From: a virus
Length of the DNA stretch: 39,492 nucleotides
Direction: 5' to 3' (one strand)
Virus record (IMG/VR): IMGVR_UViG_3300030419_005136
Location: 1-39,492 of that record
Of this stretch, positions 37,701 through 39,492 are shown piece after piece. Both the position numbers and the translations under genes were made by a program. The notes beneath the pieces were generated by a model. The model made no database searches, was not told the origin of the DNA, and saw only the letters and a list, made by a program, of their open reading frames with translations. The stretch's first letter is position 1, and each line of letters opens with the position of its first letter.

Positions 37701-39492
37701 AGCGCGCTTTCAGAACCGTCGATCAAGCCTAGCCACAGGCTTTGGCCGGAATCATCAATACGGCGCAGGGTGTTATCCGCGACGGTTTCCCAGCTAAGGA
37801 AGCTGTTGGCGATGCGCTGGCTGGCGTCTTCTGAGGCGGTGGCGGTGTTTTCTGCTTCCCGCTGCGCTGCTTGAAACGACTCCTGCAGCATGCCCATGGC
37901 CTGCATGTACTGCACGGCATTGATGCGGCCCGTGGCCAGGGCCAAATTCAGCGTGCCCACGTCCTGCGCGTACTGCCGCGCGGCGCGGCGGTTGGGCTGA
38001 ATGCGGTCTAGCAGGTTTTCGTAGCTGTTGGCGAGGGTGGTGGTTTGTTTGGCGGCGTCACGGGATGCGGCGGCGGCGGTGTTGGTGGATGCACTGGCAG
38101 CATCCGCAGTGACTACTATGTCTTCAAGCGCCTGAGCACCTGCGCGGTCGGCGCTAGTGGCCTGCTCTCTCGCTTCTCGGTTTTTGCGTATAGCTGTTTG
38201 CAGCTCGACTTGACGAGCCCACAGGTCTGCCAACGCTTCTGTTTGTTGATCCACTGCACCAGACACACTATCTGCCATGCCTTGGTGTGAGTTTTCATAG
38301 AATGCTTGGCGAGCTTCCAGTTCTGTTAGCTGCGCCATGGCTTCTTGAGCCTGCAGCGAAACAGCCTCAAGAGAGTTAATTAGGTTGTCGTACGTGGCAT
38401 CCAGGGCAGCGGCAGAACCGTCACGTATAGCGGCGCTATTATCATCCAGTGCAATAGTTGCGTTTTTTGCTGCTGCATCGACAAAGCCAAGTTCTTCGCG
38501 GAAATAGAACAATGAGCCAACCGCTATCACAGCTGCGCCAGCTGGCCCACCCACTAACGTTAACGCCCCAGAAACACCACGGACTGAAGCGGCTAACGCG
38601 GTTTGGCTGGCGACCACAGTCGTACTAACGCCCGCCATGCGCGCCAGCGCCATTTGATAGGCGATAGACTGCTGGGTAGCCGCCAGTTTTGCCGCCGTAG
38701 CGGTGGCAAACGCGCCCGCGTAGCGGCCTGCCAGCAGTGCGGCAAGCACTTGAGCGCCATCGGTGAGGTGGCCAACCACCACCTCTGCTCCGCCAACCTC
38801 TTGGATAAACGCATTGACGTTTTGTAGCCCTGCCGTAATCGCAGGCACTAGCTCAGAAAGCAGTGTTTGGCTGACACCTTGCGCGGCAAACTTTAGGCGA
38901 TCGACTTCATCGTTATAGCTTGCCATGGCGTTGGCGGTGTCTTGACTGATCGTTAGGCCCAGCGCGTCAGCCTCCGCGCGCATGGCAGCAATGGCATCAG
39001 TGCCGCTGTTGACGATCTGCACCAGTTTCACGCCTTCACTATCCCAAAGCTGCTGTGCAAGGCGCACCCGCTCACTGCTGTTTTCCACGCCTTGCATGGC
39101 TTCCGCAATGCGTTCGAACTGGTCTTCTGGGGCCAGTTGGTTCAGCTCTTGGGCACTAAGGTTGAGGCGATCCAGCGCCGCAACCGCAACACCAGTGCCT
39201 GCAGCGGCTTCGGCAATGCGGCGGGTTTGGCGCTGCCATGCCGTCGTTAGCTGGTTGAACTCGACGCCAGAGAGGCTGGCGACGTAGTTGTACTGGCTCA
39301 GCGCTTCCGTGCTGGCACCAATCCGCAGGTTGGTTTTCTGTAGCTGGTCGCCCCAGTTGATCTGGTTTTGCAGCGAGTTAGCCGCAAACATGCCCGCAAT
39401 AGCACCGGCAATAGGCGCAGCGGCGCGGCGCAGCACGGCCAAACCTTGGCTAGTGGCGTTAACGTCTTGGTTAAACTGACGGCTACGGCGGG
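34733..39492 (-). CDS. tape measure protein, body and 3' end (5' end is at 223..1 across the circular junction; total 1627 aa)
   Basis: A long Ala/Gln-rich helical protein with a Gly-rich hydrophobic centre. The C-terminus GGVFTNSIVSSPTLFDMGLMGESGDEAIMPL is typical of lambda-like gpH. The track start at 39442 is a TTG inside the frame. Confidence 0.85.
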   Translation of the reverse strand, partial: RRSRQFNQDVNATSQGLAVLRRAAAPIAGAIAGMFAANSLQNQINWGDQLQKTNLRIGASTEALSQYNYVASLSGVEFNQLTTAWQRQTRRIAEAAAGTGVAVAALDRLNLSAQELNQLAPEDQFERIAEAMQGVENSSERVRLAQQLWDSEGVKLVQIVNSGTDAIAAMRAEADALGLTISQDTANAMASYNDEVDRLKFAAQGVSQTLLSELVPAITAGLQNVNAFIQEVGGAEVVVGHLTDGAQVLAALLAGRYAGAFATATAAKLAATQQSIAYQMALARMAGVSTTVVASQTALAASVRGVSGALTLVGGPAGAAVIAVGSLFYFREELGFVDAAAKNATIALDDNSAAIRDGSAAALDATYDNLINSLEAVSLQAQEAMAQLTELEARQAFYENSHQGMADSVSGAVDQQTEALADLWARQVELQTAIRKNREAREQATSADRAGAQALEDIVVTADAASASTNTAAAASRDAAKQTTTLANSYENLLDRIQPNRRAARQYAQDVGTLNLALATGRINAVQYMQAMGMLQESFQAAQREAENTATASEDASQRIANSFLSWETVADNTLRRIDDSGQSLWLGLIDGSESALDTVKRGFQQTLAEIAHMLTTQRLTFHVAGMMGLDTAGMPGGGGGGFNLSSLGSLYTGATNLPYIGDAISSAGSALGFGGSSAAAGGLYANALTGSAAAGGLYAGASTGAAVGGLYGNALTGAATTASGGFMSAASAAMPWLAGGALVDNVLGLGIVDGIVGGISGLFGGRKTAPKFELATVGQDVDPTRHGLFENYGEGVYSRGALGTVGFYDPNTARLEETFDGFDNAKAFLDGITALDNALVGAAANLDNGAEKTQAMASAAQAVRLNASDAAGIANQLATRTLAVVDVIDGDFSAALRGLGLDAEQITGRVVQAANAMQLLDSNSARLNLQFDASAEGALNAAAGLSDYVGGLDNIAAVNQAYYNAAFTETERLSNAQLDLYSSLSNVTDEVPTTVAGLRTLVEAQDLNTEAGGQLAYQLMQLAPALRETNAAVRQAIEQAYQSELGRAPDTAGLEYWFDRVASGSLTLDGALWNIANSAEAASVAAIGGADAMRERTQLELQLLRVQGNANALRDYELSQLAESNRPLQERIWAIEDERAAMQEAERAQQERIRALEQEARTMMSAGQNIRQFVESLQNTGGAGVSPETAYQNAEESFLAAISTIYTSDDSALVQDTISGITGIAQQYLNAAEAYGASGNIYQQAQALVEGSLDDLASRLGSDELEDIDPQLQAMVDQLKNVATNTGLAGPLAKQVPLAQTFAEFFGGSGNQNYMVRQIGALAEIEKAIRNLEFSSGGGSDIDTSPSQPAGKTLTRSQVTSLVDASDNFSFLKQTMRGDSSQRAFSRSLAGDFNSGSLAPSVARNNVDKLISAVGFDEANYLRLNPDIAEAIGRGEVYSGFQHFLLHGIDEGRKFAKGGVFTNSIVSSPTLFDMGLMGESGDEAIMPLTRHSNGSLGVRAELPPMPQFPLLGKSDVTQVMRDMQRTIEQQGKTIERLLNDSNTHLAAANNQRGAAATQQIAATKEGNKMLKKLEDDARLEAAKR
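39394..39492. repeat. second copy of the 99-bp terminal repeat
   Basis: Identical to bases 1-99. Confidence 0.9.

Noticed and set aside
39394-39492. Terminal 99-bp repeats as a biological direct terminal repeat or IS/LTR ends
   Set aside because: The repeat falls inside the tape measure coding frame, which reads seamlessly across the junction. The length is typical of an assembler k-mer overlap. The terminase type predicts cos ends.

Overview
The window is a complete, circularly permuted temperate siphovirus-type phage genome of about 39.39 kb. Bases 1-99 are identical to 39394-39492, so the linear ends are a contig overlap that cuts the tape-measure gene.

Late block (minus strand, 12610 down through 1, across the junction, to 30176): holin, SAR-type endolysin and overlapped spanins; Nu1-like and gpA-like terminase; gpW-like protein and lambda-type portal; a protease-scaffold-capsid fusion ORF; a DUF2190-like protein; FII-, Z- and U-like connectors; major tail protein; G/G-T chaperone with an A-AAA-AAC -1 slip site; a low-GC two-gene moron; a 1627-aa tape measure; and four distal tail or fibre genes. 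Several intrinsic terminators lie inside this block, and a Q-like antiterminator is encoded upstream.

Immunity region: a CI-like repressor (17412-18065) is flanked on both sides by ACAC-N5-GTGT palindromes. A Cro-like gene heads a translationally coupled leftward operon that ends in Q. A rightward operon carries an RdgC-FtsK-gamma fusion and an ORF6N/KilA-N protein. A P4-type tyrosine integrase sits between Q and the lysis genes.

Plasmid-like maintenance module (about 23.1-29.7 kb): ParA plus an RHH ParG-like protein behind an array of GCGT/ACGC tetramer boxes; a GNAT/RHH toxin-antitoxin pair; a serine recombinase; and an IncFII-like RepA with a candidate antisense RNA in its leader and a downstream origin-like region (palindromes, perfect DnaA box, AT-rich tract). 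The element therefore looks like an integrase-bearing phage-plasmid hybrid.

Most interesting candidate system: the CI-type repressor has the S24 fold but lacks both self-cleavage residues. The only canonical SOS box I found gates a 70-aa orphan gene that reads into repA. This fits a LexA-controlled antirepressor circuit coupled to plasmid-type replication.

No tRNA, rRNA or CRISPR array was seen. All family assignments come from motif recognition by eye and need database confirmation.
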